From positions 48,360,001 to 48,424,000 of the forward strand of contig NC_043003.1 in the NCBI RefSeq assembly GCF_006345805.1: a stretch of DNA of 64,000 bases, read 5' to 3'. The notes under the pieces are model-generated. The model worked only from the letters and a program-made list of their open reading frames with translations, did not search any database and was not told where the DNA came from. How positions within the stretch are numbered: position 1 is the stretch's first letter; the number at the start of each line of letters is the position of its first letter. This stretch comes from Octopus sinensis. Taxonomy: Eukaryota. The position numbers were made by a program, and so were the translations under genes. Below, piece after piece: positions 27,266 through 42,061 of the stretch.

Positions 27266-28618
27266 CTGCATTCAAACTGTGCTACAGGGAATTTGTTGTT
27301 TCAAAGACCTATAATTGCTAGTCTAAGGCTATGTAGTTGGAACCTCTTAAAAACTGAAAGAGTAAACTACAATAGTCTCACTGATTGGGGATCGAACCAT
27401 ATATCAATCATTTGTTGAGATTGATGCTTATATCTATTACATTAATATGACACTTCAGATTTTATAAGGGAAAGGAGAACAAGATAACATAATGCTTGTA
27501 ATGTTCAGACTTTTCCTAATATGATGTAGTTGAATGGCAACCACAGACAGAGTCACTAATAGTGTATCAAACTATGAGCATCAACAGCTTACATTACTTT
27601 CCTCTAATGTACTGGCCTAAATAATGAATAAAATAGGAGGACAACCTGATACTCTTATTTTGTTACAATTAACCTCTCAAGTACACTACTTACACAAGCA
27701 GATACATAAAAGGTGAGTAACTGAGAGCAGTGTTCATGTTCAAATTAACAGCTAGCAGCTCAAGCAATTTAAACACACTACTCTGCCTTGTTAGAGATGA
27801 ACAAGTTAGAACTTGCAGCCTGCTATATTAAATACCAAGCAGTACAGTTGTAGTTCAAGTCTCACTGGAGTGAACTTGATCCTTCCAGGACTATATTATT
27901 TTTCACTACAAAAATTAACCGTTTGCCTTTTAAAACAACACTTGCTTTTACCTCAGATAAATCTGGTGATTAAAGTCACACCACACTACTAGCTGATATT
28001 AACACTGACTAACTATTGTGTGAAGGAAAAGTAATAAAATATACAGAGGCTATGAACTCACTCCAAACAAGTGATCCTTCCAAGACTATAGCATTCTTCA
28101 CTACAAAAATTAACCGTTTGCCTTTTAAAGCAACAATTGCTTTTACCTCAGATAAATTTAGTGACTAAAGTCACACCACACTACAAGTTGTTATTAACAC
28201 TGACTATCGTGTGAAGGAAAAGCAATAAAATATACAGAGGCTATGAACTCACTTGAAACAATTTCTTGGTAATGTTTGAAGATTGTCCCAAATCTTTTCA
28301 CTAATATTCTATTTTTATCACATTACTATGCTAGCTTGTTTTACACAAAATTTATTACTGAAACATTGCATATAAAATTTGTCATAAATGATGTATTGGT
28401 CAATTTTCAAGTAGCAGGATAAAGGAAACAGCAACTGTCTGCATTCAAATCCCTGTAGCAACTCTGTGCTACAGGGAATTTGCTGTTTCAAAGACCTATA
28501 ATTGCTAGTCTAAGGCCATATAGTTGGAACCTCTTAAAAACAGAGAGTAAACTACAATAGTCTCACTGATTGGGGATCGAACCATGTATCAATCATTTGT
28601 TGAGATTGATGCTTATAT
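27266..28618 (+). repeat. ~170-bp direct repeats (27266-27433 and 28439-28618) flanking a 195-bp tandem duplication (27877-28071 and 28072-28260)
   Basis: Direct sequence comparison. Confidence 0.9.
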
Positions 28619-31189
28619 TACCGACATTAAACTCTTGGTGGTTAATTCGTAATATAAGAAAGGTTTCAATTTAATTTCAACTATTAACATAGGAAGCACA
28701 GAACTTATTTTATTGACCCTAAAAGGAAAAAAGGGCACAGCCAACTTCAGCAAAATATGAAATCTAAATGTAAAGAGAAGTAATGAAATCATACATTTTA
28801 CTATTTCTAGCACTTAATAATTTACAACAGTCAATGGCTATCATACTACCAATGTTTTAAAACGCTAATATTAAATCATCATCAATGCACACAAGTCTGC
28901 ATAACAAAATCCCAGTAAAACCAATGTTTTTCTTCTTTTTTTTTTATTATTTACAGCAAAATAGATTAATAAAACATTTGTCATAAAATATTTTATTTTC
29001 AAAGTAAATTTGCCATTTCAGGAACGGCTTAAAACAAAATGTCAAAAACCCACAGTAAATATTTCACATTATATGACTTTTCTACTCATAACAGTTTGAC
29101 AGAAAATGGCAAAACAACTCATGAGGATGATGAGAACATATGACAAGCATATATTGACAGCATAAAGAAGCAAACTACCAAGACATCATAGTGGCACACA
29201 CAACATATGCTCATTTATAAGCATTTTAATGCAAACAGATAAATTCTCCCCTTCTTTAAGATATCAACAACTGAACCTACTAAGACTTGACAATAAAAAG
29301 CTACTATCAATAATAGAAATGTACTGAAGGTAATGATTTTAATAAGTTATATGTAATGATTCTCCACATCTATACTTAATCAAGTCAAGTATACAATATT
29401 CGTCTCTCAAAGTACGCCTTATGAGATATCACATTTCATGCAGAACAAAGAATTTGAGTGTACTCTTATCTGAAGCATGAACTTTCATACATGTTCAGGA
29501 ATAGGTTAGGCATTACCTTAGTAAAAACAGCACAAGCCCCAATTTATGTACAACATTTTGCTCCAACAATGGCTCACTGCCAAGAACAAAATAAATTAAT
29601 CATTCTCTAATAATCTCTTCATTTGAATATCAACAGCAAGGGTGAGTACCCAAAATACATAACAGGCAAGAGAACAAAACCATAATATTTTATCCTGGTT
29701 ACCAAGCTACATACTTTTTAACTTATATAAAAATTCATCATAGCCTTATGTTTCTTCTGTACATCATATACCTCTCAAAGTACACTGAGTTATTGGCTGC
29801 TAACAAAAACATAAGTGAAAAGAACTGTCACCAAGATATTCAATATAAAAAGGAAAATGAACACTTACAGATGCAGAGAGTGAGGCAAAGATACTGGACC
29901 CTATTAGTAGCATATGGACTAGAAAGTATGAAATAACTTTTTAAATGTTTGGCTTCAGTAGTGTTATTCACAAAGCCTAAAAGTGAATTAAATTTTACTA
30001 ATTACAAATAATATTTTGCAAACTCCTAGACTCCCAAAAGGTTAAACTGGTGTATAGTGTTTATTTTGTCCAGGATTCTAAGCAATGTAAAAGCTTAGTT
30101 CTCATGGAGAAAATCATAAATGATAATTAAGCTGAAAAAGTGAGAATGCTGCTGGTGAACAAAAACTGTTTATTACAATTCTAGACTTCTACCTAACAAA
30201 AGCAATCTCGTGACTAGTTTTAATTTTAGTTTTTTTTTTATCATATAAGAGAGAAACAAACAGGATGAGGTTAAGGTGCAACATTCTACTGTCTGTATAC
30301 AGCAAGACAAAACACTAACTGGCTCAAAAATTAATATCACTGTGCTGGTTGTGGTTCAGACAGACACAAAGATATTCAACATTAAATACACTAACTGCAT
30401 TAATTTATATTGAAATATCTTACTCATTCCCCATACACTCACAGGAAAAATAGAATAAAAAATTTTAATGAATACATTAAAAAACAACATAAATCAAATT
30501 AAAACTTCCACAGGATGTATACATCCTAATTATAATTTTAAAAATATAATTCTATAGGACTAAATCCTCATACCCTGAAGACCTGTTGTATATTTTCTTT
30601 TGATCTGTAACCATACCAACTAGCAAAATTCAATGATAGAACTATATATCATCAACAGCATTTTACATGTTTTTCATACTGGTATGGATTGAATATGTCA
30701 TCATAAACCAAGCACCTCCCATTGGGGGCTACCACTCCCAAAGACTAGGAACTCCTGTGCTATTTGTCTTGGTTTCCAAGGCTGCATTTTCTTGTTACAC
30801 CTACACTAGAGAGAGTGAATAGCCCTTAGTGAGACAGGGTTAGAGTTACTGCATAGCCCAAAACTTTCTCTGGTCACTTAGCTTTATAGGTTGTGGGAAA
30901 AGGGGTCAGACAGTAAACAAATTTGGAGGGAACAATGACACAGAAATAGGTATTTGAGAGATGGGGGGGAAAAGGAGTAAATCTAAATAAAGAGAGTACT
31001 CAAATTAGGGTGTGACCAAGGAGAGGAACTGAGGTGAAAAAAAGGGAAAGAACACTGACATCAAAAGGACCATAATGGGTGGAGGGTGAAATGAACATGA
31101 TGGGAAGAAGACAAGTATTGAATCATCCCATAAATAATGTGACTTTTTTCAAATGCATGAAACAGAAGTCAGAGGTGGATGGGATAAAC

Positions 31190-31546
31190 TACCTGCATCA
31201 ACAGAGAGGATGACATTCTAAAGGCCAGAGAAGTTTGAATGGGAAAAGATGCCCCATCCACCATATTCACCAGACATTGCCCCATCTGATTATCATTTAT
31301 TCTGCAATCTTCATAATCATTTGACAGAAAAAATATGAATTCTGTAGACGAGGCGAGAACAGTACTGGAGGAGTATTTTTCGTCACAGACAAGTGAATTT
31401 TGGAAGAAGGGCCTTGCAAGTCTACCAGAGAGATGGAAGAGCATTGTAGAAAATGGAGAATATATTTTAGATTAAAAAAGAACATTATCTTAATTTTGAA
31501 AAATAAAATAAGTATAAAAAACTGCATTATTTATGGAACGCCCCAA
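31190..31546 (+). mobile_element. mariner (DD34D) 3' fragment with TIR
   Basis: PHPPYSPDIAPSDYHLF motif; ends ...ttatggaacgccccaa|TA. Same family as 54061-54480. Confidence 0.85.
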
Positions 31547-34500
31547 TATATAGAGATTGCTGGGTGACAGAATGTGATTGGCAATAGTAAATGGACAAAA
31601 GTGTGGGTGAGAGGGGTGGCAAAACAAAAGTGGTTCAGAAAAGATAGAGGGTACTGGTTGGCAACCAGGACTGTAAAGTTAGAATGAGGGGGAGGTTATT
31701 GCAGTCTCCTGTCCCTGTATAAAAGCTTGAAGAGCAAGAGGGCAGAGTGATGAGGATGGTGCAAGCAGCACAGATGGTGGGAAGAGACGGAGAGTTAAGA
31801 GTGATAACTACATGGACAACAAATGCAAGAAGGGCTGGAAGATGTGGGTCTAGCAAGATACAAATATATGTGTAGACTTTTACTAAAATTCGGTGTCAAC
31901 CTCTACATTTCAATAATAGTATAAGCTTTTAAATTGTACAAATTTCATCCATCACATCTTGTAAGATACAACCTCTTAATGTAATACTATGATTTGAAAT
32001 GTATGATTGATAGTGTAATGATGTTACACACACAAGCATATACATATTTTAGTACTGTATTAAGTTCATTTAGCAAACTAATACTTTCAACAAATGCATA
32101 GAAAAAATAGAGCAAGAAAAGGAGGAAATGAGAGAGTGAGATAGCTAAAAACACAGTGGCATCACAAACTTTACTATGTATTCATATTCTTTTGTCTCCC
32201 CCACCATATCACTTTCACTGTCAACTTTCTTCCAGGTATTTTTCTTATATGTTTAACTCTACAAAGCCTCTCACTTCTTAGAATCTTGTCTTACCTTTTC
32301 TCTCTACCTCACTTTCTCATTATGATTCCAAAATTTATCTCCCTCCCTCTGAAGATTTACTAATAACTCTTTTCTATATTCTCCCATTTTTCTCTAGTTT
32401 TCTCTCCATCTCTTTATTGATTCTACAATTTCTACCTCTACTTCTCTCACTCACACCATCTGTTTTCTCTAACTTTCTATTTACTACTATGTATCTTTCT
32501 TCATTTACCATTATCAACATCACTGCCACCATCTCCACACCACTTCCATAACTAGTTCCATAACTAGTTTCTTTCTTACTCTATTTAAGTCTTCCCTTAA
32601 CATGACACAAAAGGTTGGTCAGTAGGAAGGAAGGAACAGTATTAATATGCAGATATCAGTTAATTTATAGGACTGTATGAGTAAATTAATATTATCAAAA
32701 CAGTAGAACATCAAACTAATACTTTGCAATATTTAGCTAGCTCTCTCACATCTGTTTTTAGCCCAAACCCTACCAAGTTTAACCAATTCCCTCACATACC
32801 TGATAAGGATTGGGAACAGTACTAAGTAACAATAATACAGCAAAGTTTATTCATTTATATAACTCTCTCGCACAAAATCTGCCATGTGCCTAACACATAA
32901 TTCAATTTACGTAAATTCCAGCCATGTGTGTTTGTGCTTGTATATGCAGACTATAAAAACACACACACATACATGCACAACATTATCTTAACTTTCCCCC
33001 AGGGTCAGTTCAAAACCTGAAATATTTTCCCACAAAAATAGCATGCTAACAACACACAGACAGAGAGAACATTTGGTTTTTATTTAAAAGGAAAACAAAC
33101 AAACATAACTATAGTAATCAAGATATCAAGTTGAATGACAGCAGCTAATAGAGAGAAGAAAAAGAAAAATTATTTGACTTTATTTTTTTTTTCTCCACAA
33201 CAGCTCACAGTTTAGGAGAATGAATAGAGTGAATGTATGTAAGTGAGAGGGGAGAAAATAAGACATCATCACTGAAGTAAAAGCAGAAACAGGAAATCTT
33301 GGAGTGAGGAATGCAAAATAAATATAAACTAAACAGATAAAATCTAACAGAAGTTACATAAAGAAGCCCTAAAGAATGTCATTTTCTCTACATTTTATTC
33401 ACTAATCAATTTTGCTGGCCAAACTTTTAGGCATGGCTGGTGCATTAAGGGAGCAAGCTAGGCTAGCAGCAAATTCCCAAAATGGTGGGAGCATACAGCA
33501 GGCACATGCAGTGAGAAACCATTATGTCTGATGTGGAAGGGGATGGGGGGAATTAAGCAAATTAGGACAGAGAAGGAAAAAGTGAGAGGTAGCATAGATG
33601 TTAAGTTTACAGACAGGGTTTAAACAGGTATTGTGTATATGAGGTGCGATTGGTGTAGTGAGAGAGAGAGAGAGAGCAGATAAAGTATGAGAAAAGGGTA
33701 CAGGAGAGAGAAAGGTATGAGAAAGTAGACAGAGAAAGGTACAGAAGAGAGAGAGAGAAAATAGAGGAAGGTGCAAAGATAGATATGATACAATTTGATT
33801 ATTTTCATAGCTTGTGAATGCAGTAAAATTGCAAAACAAAAAACGTTTGCATATATTAGTTTAATATTTACCATGCCTCTCCAGTGATCTCAGTAATTAA
33901 ATGGGTAAAGTAATTCTCAAATACAAAATATTAATTATACCAAAATACTGAATAATTCTAAAGATGAGAAGAACATTAAAAACATTAGGGCTTGACGATG
34001 TAATATCAAATATCTAAGTATGATGGATTAATCAAATTACAAACTCTTTTCAGGACATAAAGTTTACTTGAAATGTTTGATTACTCTCACCTGTTTTCAT
34101 ATGCTGTTCACTGATAAGCCTTCAAGCAAAATGAAAAGATAGTTGTTTTTAAACACCTATTCCCACGAGATTTACTTACAGTTCAACAAATCTACAGGAT
34201 CCATTAAATTGCAAATAGATCACAAGTCCTATCTGCAATAAAGTGAGTTGTACACAAGTAAATCCAAAAACTTAGTTTTCGGAATAATTATAATGTACAA
34301 ACTTTTCTTTTTCAAGCAGAAGCAATTGCGATCTATTTCACAATTCCATGCCAAGAATATTAGTAAATAACATTAGCGCATTCTACATCCTCCATTAGAG
34401 TGTGAAATCTTCCAAAATATAACTGATTTGTCCTGTAGTTCAACAAAACATCAGTAGCTAGCAAAACTTATTCTGCATTGATTAACAAGAGCAGAGATGG

Positions 34501-35004
34501 GCAGAATGTGTCTATAAATCCACCCACCATGAGATGCTTCGAGCCTTCATGAAAACCTGGTGTATGTACCATCAAGGTGATCTTGGAGCTCCTTTTTTTC
34601 TTTTTTTTAAATATAGATTAGGGAAAAGATCTGTCACCTTGGTATTTGCAGGACATCTGAGACCAGTATAGATATTCTTCTCAGACAACAGAAAGAAAAT
34701 TCTATGGGTGAAGTGATTAGTGAGGAACCTGTGGCAATGGGGTTTAATATGGGTAACAAGAGGAAGAAAGAAGACTGAATTAGTTAGCCTGATTGGTGGT
34801 GGCAGGAAACCAGCAAGCTTCAGAGAATCTTGTTAACTTTTCTACTCTGATCAAAATATGTTCCTATGCATTATTGTTTACACCATTTCCCAGAGGAATT
34901 AAATGGACACCAACACAAGATAGAGAATAGTGAATTGGAATTGATACTTTACACTGTTTTGTTTCATGCTTTCTGAATTTAAATCTTAGCATTTTGAAGA
35001 ACAT

Positions 35005-35230
35005 CCAGCTGTAAAAACCATGCCAAAGCAGACCTTGCTGGTGCCATATAAGAAGTACTCGGTCTATTCTGTAAAGTGGATGGCATTAGGAAAGGCATCC
35101 AGGTGTAAAAACCATGCCAAAACAGACAGTGGAGCTAGGTGTAGTCCTCTGGCATGCAAGATCCTGTCAAACCGTCCAAACCAGCATAGAAGACAGACGT
35201 TAAATGATGACTGAACAATTACCTTGGAAA
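35005..35230 (+). mobile_element. RTE-type 3'-tail repeat
   Basis: ggcattaggaaaggcatccag...ccagcatagaagacagacgttaaatgatga. Confidence 0.65.
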
Positions 35231-36421
35231 CAAAATAAGGAAGGCAGGAATGCATATCTTGTGCCTGATAAATAATAATACCATCTCCTGATAATTAAAA
35301 AGAAAGAATTTGCAATAGCTTCTCCCCATTAAAATGGAGATTTTCATTAAGTATATATTTAGATAAGCTCCATAACATAATGTACTTAAGGCTCCCTTAT
35401 CAAAGGAAATGAATTAACAGAAAGAGCAGGTAACCAAACTAACTGTTTCACATTTTGACAGACATTGACTTTTCATTGTTTTCTTTCCCCCATGAATAAA
35501 AAAAAGCTTTGTACACAAGTTATGACACTCTCACAAAAATTATCATTACAAGGAAAACAGGAAAGCTACAGTGATACGGTGTCAGTAGGAATAAAAAGAA
35601 AAATAAGTTAATCTGCATATTCACTGGGAGAAACAAAAAAGAGACCAAGATGTGGTCTGAATGACACATGCCAACTTGAGCAAGTGAGGACAGCAGACAG
35701 GCATCATCATGTGTGCAATGTAGATATTGACACAATTCAGTGGAAAAGGTTTTAACTTACATTTATGTAAAATAAAAACACAAATACAATGTATACACAT
35801 CAAATAATTTATCTCTAGTACAAGAACAGGCATGTCTTATTGCTATCTCACAATAACAAACCTGCTGATCTTGAAATTGAGGGGGGGGGGGAATGCAGAG
35901 TACAATGTTGTATTGTCTGCATTTTAGACAACTCTTATAAACAACATACATCTACAACAACATGACTGGAGGCCAAGTTACATTTGGAATATGAGTTTCC
36001 AAACTGCGTCACAAAAAAAAAAAAATGAAATTAAAAAGTGGAATAAAAGAAAATTCTAGCCTTTCACAGATTGGAAATGAAAACAAATTCAGCTAAGCAC
36101 TTTATTATAAACTCAACATCATAGTGTATAATTTAAAAAAACAACAAAAAGACTGATTATTAGCATACACGGTAGAGTTTAAGGAAATGTACACAGAAAT
36201 CTCCACAAACCAGAGTTTATATGCAGTCTTTCAAGCACTTAATGAAATAGCTCTCAAAGACAAGATTGATAGTCTATCACAGTTAACTTTCCTATAACAC
36301 CTGAAAAATATTAACCTGCAGTCTTATATTTAACTATTTCTCTTTCTCTCCCCTTCTCTATGAAATAAAGTCTATTTAATCAGCATGTGAGCCATTAATC
36401 CAACATATTCATTTACTCTCT

Positions 36422-36808
36422 CTTTACTCTTTTACTTGTTTCAGTCATTTGACTGCGGCCATGCTGGAGCAGCGCCTGTAATCGAGCAACTCGACCCCAG
36501 GACTTATTCTTTTGTAAGCCCAGTACTTATTCTATCGGTCTCTTTTGCCGAACTGCTATGTTATGGGGCCATAAACACACCAGCATCAGTTGTCAAGCAA
36601 TGCTAGGGGGCCAAACACAGACATACAAACACACACACACACATATATACAACGGGCTTCTTTCAGTTTCCGTCTACCAAATCCACTCACAAGGCTTTGG
36701 TCGGCCCAAGGCTATAGTAGAAGACACTTGCCCAAGGTGCCACGCAGTGGGACTGAACCCGGAACCATGTGGTTGGTAAACAAGCTACTTACCACACAGC
36801 CACTCCTG
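36422..36808 (-). mobile_element. Full-length tRNA-derived SINE
   Basis: Same family as 22752-23141. Confidence 0.88.
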
Positions 36809-37651
36809 TGCCATTTGGTCATTTTATATCTATAACTGCTTGAAAACATGCATGGGATGATAATTTAAGAACATTCAAAAAACTAAGATATTACTCTCAC
36901 ACAAATATCGCACTTACTATTGTATTTTGCATTCAAGTTTATACTCCTTTCCACTTTGTGTGTGTGTGTTATTTAATGCCCAATTTTCTGTGCTTGCATG
37001 GGTAGTACAGAGTTCATTTGAGGCCCTTTCTGTTGCTAACCCTCACCTGTTTCCAAGCAAAGTAATATTTCCTTATGGCCGGGCATTTCTTCCACACAAA
37101 GGTCACATCTATTATCGCCTATTCTTTAGGTTTTGCTTTACTAATTACTTCCTAAGCAATCGAAAATATTTTGTTACTAACTTTTAGTGCCCAAATTAGC
37201 TTACTAAGGCTGGTTGTATTCATTTTGTCCCTATTTCTAAATGAACTTAAATGACTGGCAATTCCCTATTTAAAATAACAGGAGCTAGCTCCTATATAGA
37301 AATACTCTGTATTCTCAGAGGTAATCTTACATCTGTATATGATATTTTTATGTCTACAATTAGAGTTAAGCAAACAAGACCCCGTTCCTTGCACAATCAT
37401 CTATGTGTGTGTGTGTGTGTGTGTGTATACACACACACAAACATGATAGGCTTCTTTCAGATTCCATATACAAGGCTTTCATCAGCCTGATGATTTAGTA
37501 GAAGAAACTTGCTTAAGATGACACATGGTGGGACTGAACCCAGAACCATATGGTTGGGGAGTAAACTTATCACATAGCCAGAACAAAAGTCCACACACAC
37601 ACACACACACACACAAAACAAAAGAAATTAGGTTAACACTTAGGTTGATAT

Positions 37652-37690
37652 GTCTTAACATTTCAGTTGTTAGTCCTTCATCAGAAAGAG
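37652..37690 (-). ncRNA. Degenerate minimal hammerhead-like motif (CTGATGA-AGGACTAACAACT-GAAATGTTA-AGA)
   Basis: Both core boxes are present. Stem II is only about 2 bp, and stem III would be the palindrome AACGTT with a CpG>TpG change. Confidence 0.3.
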
Positions 37691-38223
37691 AAACATAAAC
37701 AGTGTATAAAAAGGAATTTAAAAAATTTTTAAAGGGAAAGGGTGCACAAGGAAAGTAATAGATTACAGGCTATTATTTTAAAACCTATTGAATAATCTGT
37801 AAAACAAGACTAGGTTCTAATCAAGAAATTTTTAAATACATCTTATATTGGTAATAATAAGGTTAGTCTGAAGAAATGAAGGAATTGGTCTTTAATTTCT
37901 TAATACAGAAGTCTTGAAATTTTCTGCAGGAAATGAATATTTACATTATTGGCAAATACATTCCTAAATGTAATAAGATATGAATATTCTACTTTATTTC
38001 ATATTTCGTTCCATTTCATTTCCTTTGAAGACTTTTTGTACCTTTACATAAACTATGGAACAATGACTCATTTCTTCTGCTGTAACCTTATTATACTTAC
38101 TACCTATATACTATTCCATACTCTACCTAAAATTCAAACACACACAAAGCTTACAAGCCATAAATCTGAAATAAATACTCCAGGAAAGAAAGAAGGGAAA
38201 GATACAGAGATTCTCAAATGACA

Positions 38224-39175
38224 GTGGTCTGTTTGATTTAACACATCTGATACTGATAAATGCTGATGTCAAATATGCTGAAAAAGACCTTTAGATCATT
38301 AGTAGACAAATTACTTCATGGAGTGATGACGAAAACAGCAATCTGATCACATGAAGTAATACTGATAATATTAAACAGCTGTGGTGAAATTCAGATTACC
38401 TTAATCAAACATTTCCACCTGTCAAAAGTCTATTTCTGAAATAGACTGATACAATAGGTAATGACAGGGAAGTTGATTCAAGCATTTGAACTTTGACAAG
38501 ATATAGTACCAAAACAGCAAACTAAAGTTTACTTATAGCAGCAAGTAATTTCAAACCAATTAATTTTTTTGTAATTGCATCTGGCTCTATAATTGACAAA
38601 CACTTTCTTTTTAATTTATGAATACTTAGAGCAGAATAGCAGACACTATATTTCAAAATGCAAAGACTGCAAATATTAACAGATAATTTTGCCATGTCCA
38701 GATATTTTCCTACCTTGTTGAAAACACATTGATCTAACCAAGATTTGCAAATACAATAAATAACAGTATGATAGAAACTTCAAAGAAATCCCAATAATGA
38801 TACGACTAATATAATTAATATACATCAACCCTACCTCACTAATGTGTTAAAAAGTAGGTGAAACCATCATTATCAAACTTCTTGTTTCAAAGTTCATTCC
38901 TAGTGAAAGGGTATGGCTGAAACAAAAATGCTATATTACACTGGCCGAACATGTATGCATATGTTGCCTTTGTTAAAATAAAAATTTATCTGTTTTACAA
39001 TGACAAGAATTCACAAAAAAATGAAAGATGGGAAAAAAAGTGGTCAAGTGGTCAGATTGCTGTTTTCATCATCACTCCATGAAAGTAATTTGTCTGCTAA
39101 AGATCTAAAGGTCTTTTTCAGCATATTTGACATCAGCATTTATCAGTGTCAAATGTGTTAAATCAAACAGACCAC
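38224..39175. repeat. ~130-bp inverted repeat pair (38224-38353 and 39045-39175) with ~690-bp spacer
   Basis: gtggtctgtttgatttaacac...cagcaatctgatcacatg matches the reverse complement of the second arm with fewer than 10 differences by eye. Confidence 0.9.
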
Positions 39176-40902
39176 TCTGTACTAGAGTGGGCCATGGTAC
39201 CCCAGATACAACTAAAAGACTTCACCAGGTGGTGCTATTAAGTTAGGCATGGCCTGGCCGCCTATACTGGCCGAAATCTATCAAAGTCCCTCAGAGATTA
39301 TTAACCACAGCATCGGAGGCAGAAAGACAATCTTATATAACACAAACATAGGTTGTAACAAATAACCACTAAATTTACATAAAGCAGTATTTAAAATGTA
39401 TTAAACATTTGAACTTGAATGAGAAATATCTTCCAAATGGTAATGCTGGTCTATACACACACACACAACCCAGGGAGTTTAAACTTTTGGCAAATTATCA
39501 GAATGATAGCAGTCTACCAACCTTTCTACAGTTTGCAACACTGAAATTGAAAACTAGATATGTTAAATATACTTGGAGATTGGTGAAAAGAATTTATTGA
39601 AAGCAGAGCTTTACAAATCATTATTCCATGCTTTTATTGCTGATCTTCAGACAGTTATGCAGAACAGAATATAAAAGTTGGTATATAATGGAAATGTTCA
39701 AATGTCAGTGAATGCTGATTGACTGGCAAAAAAATATTAAATAAAGTAAAAACAAGGGAAAGGGGTACCTTCATTGGTAAAGATAAAAATATAAAAAGCA
39801 ACAGAATAGATATAACCATGTGTGTATATATGAAAAAATAAGTAAATATTTAAGTATTGGATATGTAGTAAGTTGATGAAGCACATTCACTGCCTGTGGC
39901 TATCTGACGTCATCCATGATATTAATACAATATTATTGCTGGATCTACATCGGGAATTCCTCAGTGTATGTTGAAAATATAACAAATGATAGAGACAGAA
40001 AATGGAATGTATGAGAAAATTTTTTGCTCACAACGATCATTTTGACGCATCCTGCATAGATCCCTCATGGGTGGGATACTGTACAACTGGTCATGGTTAA
40101 TCCCATGATGCAGACGCATGTTCTCAGCTGATGTTATAAGGGGTATTTTGATAAATAGACTATTTTGCTCAGTTTTAACACAGCATGTTGTTAGTGACAG
40201 TCTCAATCATTTGTTATATATGAAAAAATTCATATGCAATAATACAAAAATTATATTTATAAGAACTAATGACAGTGCAAGACAAATATCTTACGGCAGT
40301 TAGGGGTCTTTAAAGGTAGAGTAAAAAACATCATATTATTCAAATTCTGGTGAATTTTGCTGCTTCATACAACCATTTGAAGAAACAGAGACACTTCATT
40401 CAGCTGTCTAAAGGCACATAACTAAATTGCAGATTTGAATAAAAATCACCAAGTACACATCAGGGTAGCATGACAGAATTAACCACCGGATTTCAAGTGT
40501 CATAGATCCCATTTACTTTGCAAACAAAATTATATTTGAAGAAGCTTGCTCTAAATTTTTTTCAGGTGATAAAATAGATTTTTTTCTTAGAGTGTTAACC
40601 ACCACCCACTAAACAAGTTGGTGGAGGAAGGTAGTATCCATAACACGACACGTTTCAGGGCATCTAACGTTGGAAGGAAAGAAGGCAACCTCAGATTGGA
40701 TTTCTACCCTGAATGGACAATGCTACAAGCGCTCAAGTACCAGGTGGTGATTACAAACTAGGCCAAGGCATAAGTTTGCCACCCAAAATAAAAACAAGAA
40801 GTTTCTACAGTTTTCACTGCCAAATTTCATTCAGGAGCTCAATCTGAAGCTATGGCACAAACAATCGCTCTAGGTGCCATGCAGTGCAATTAACTGGAAA
40901 CA

Positions 40903-41110
40903 GAGTAGCTGCATGGTAAGTAGTTTGCTTACGAACCACGTGGTTCCAGGTTCAGTCCCACTGCGTGGCACATTGGGCAAGTGTCTTCTATAGCCTCGGG
41001 CCGACCAAAGCCTTGTGAGTGGATTTGGTAGACGGAAACTGAAAGAAGCCCGTAGTATATATGTATGTTTGTGTGTCTGTGTTTGTTCTCCCAACATCGC
41101 TTGACAACCG
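40903..41110 (+). mobile_element. tRNA-derived SINE, 3'-truncated
   Basis: ggttcagtcccactgcgtggcac...gggcaagtgtctt...gccttgtgagtggatttggtagacggaaactgaaagaagccc. Confidence 0.85.
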
Positions 41111-41497
41111 AAGACTAATATGGTAGTAAGATGCAGTAGATATAGCTAACATTTTAACTAGTCTTATAATCAACCAGAGCTGAGACTGCTCCATATCTAT
41201 GACATAAAACTTAAATGTGAAGTATTATGTTAAAAAATTAAAACCGCCAGCACAAACACTGTTTTGCTATGTTCCACACACCAGCTTGATAACAGGAAGA
41301 ATCAGTTATTTTATTAAACTACTTCAAGGTCTTATTTTCTTCGTATCCCATAAGAAATATCGTAACAAAGGGATTTTAAGCACAAAGGTAACAAGTTAGC
41401 CCAGAGTAGCCTTCCACTGTGACCCTCCTATTTCTGTAAATATTCTATAAGAATTGTTTGATAAGCGTGAAAAGCAACACAAAAACAATGGTTAAAG

Positions 41498-42061
41498 GGT
41501 TAATATCTAGATCCGCACCCGGTGGAAAAAATACATATATATACATACATATATATACATACACATATATATACATACACACACATATATATACATACAC
41601 ACATATATACATACACACATATATACATACACACACATATATATACATACACACATATATACATACACACATATATACACACACACACATATATATACAT
41701 ACACACACATATATATACATACACACACATATATATATACACACACATATATATATACACACACACACATATATATATACACACATATATATACACACAC
41801 ATATATATACACACACACATATATATACACACATATATATATACACACACATATATATACACACACACACATATATATACACACATATATATATGCACAC
41901 ACATATATATACACACACACACATATATATACACACATATATATATACACACACACATATATATACACACACACATATATATACACACACACACATATAT
42001 ATATACTGTTACACATTTGCGTTTCCATTTTTTCCACCGGGTGCGGATCTAGATATTAACC
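41498..42061. mobile_element. Young MITE with perfect 33-bp TIRs and 8-bp TSD, interior almost entirely (TA)/(CA)/(TACA) microsatellite
   Basis: TIR ggttaatatctagatccgcacccggtggaaaaa (41498-41530) has its exact reverse complement at 42029-42061. GGTTAAAG is duplicated at 41490-41497 and 42062-42069. Confidence 0.92.

Noticed and set aside
30900-33800. Alternating purine-rich and pyrimidine-rich blocks
   Set aside because: Look like decayed low-complexity (AG)/(TC) sequence; no pairing or ORF found by eye.
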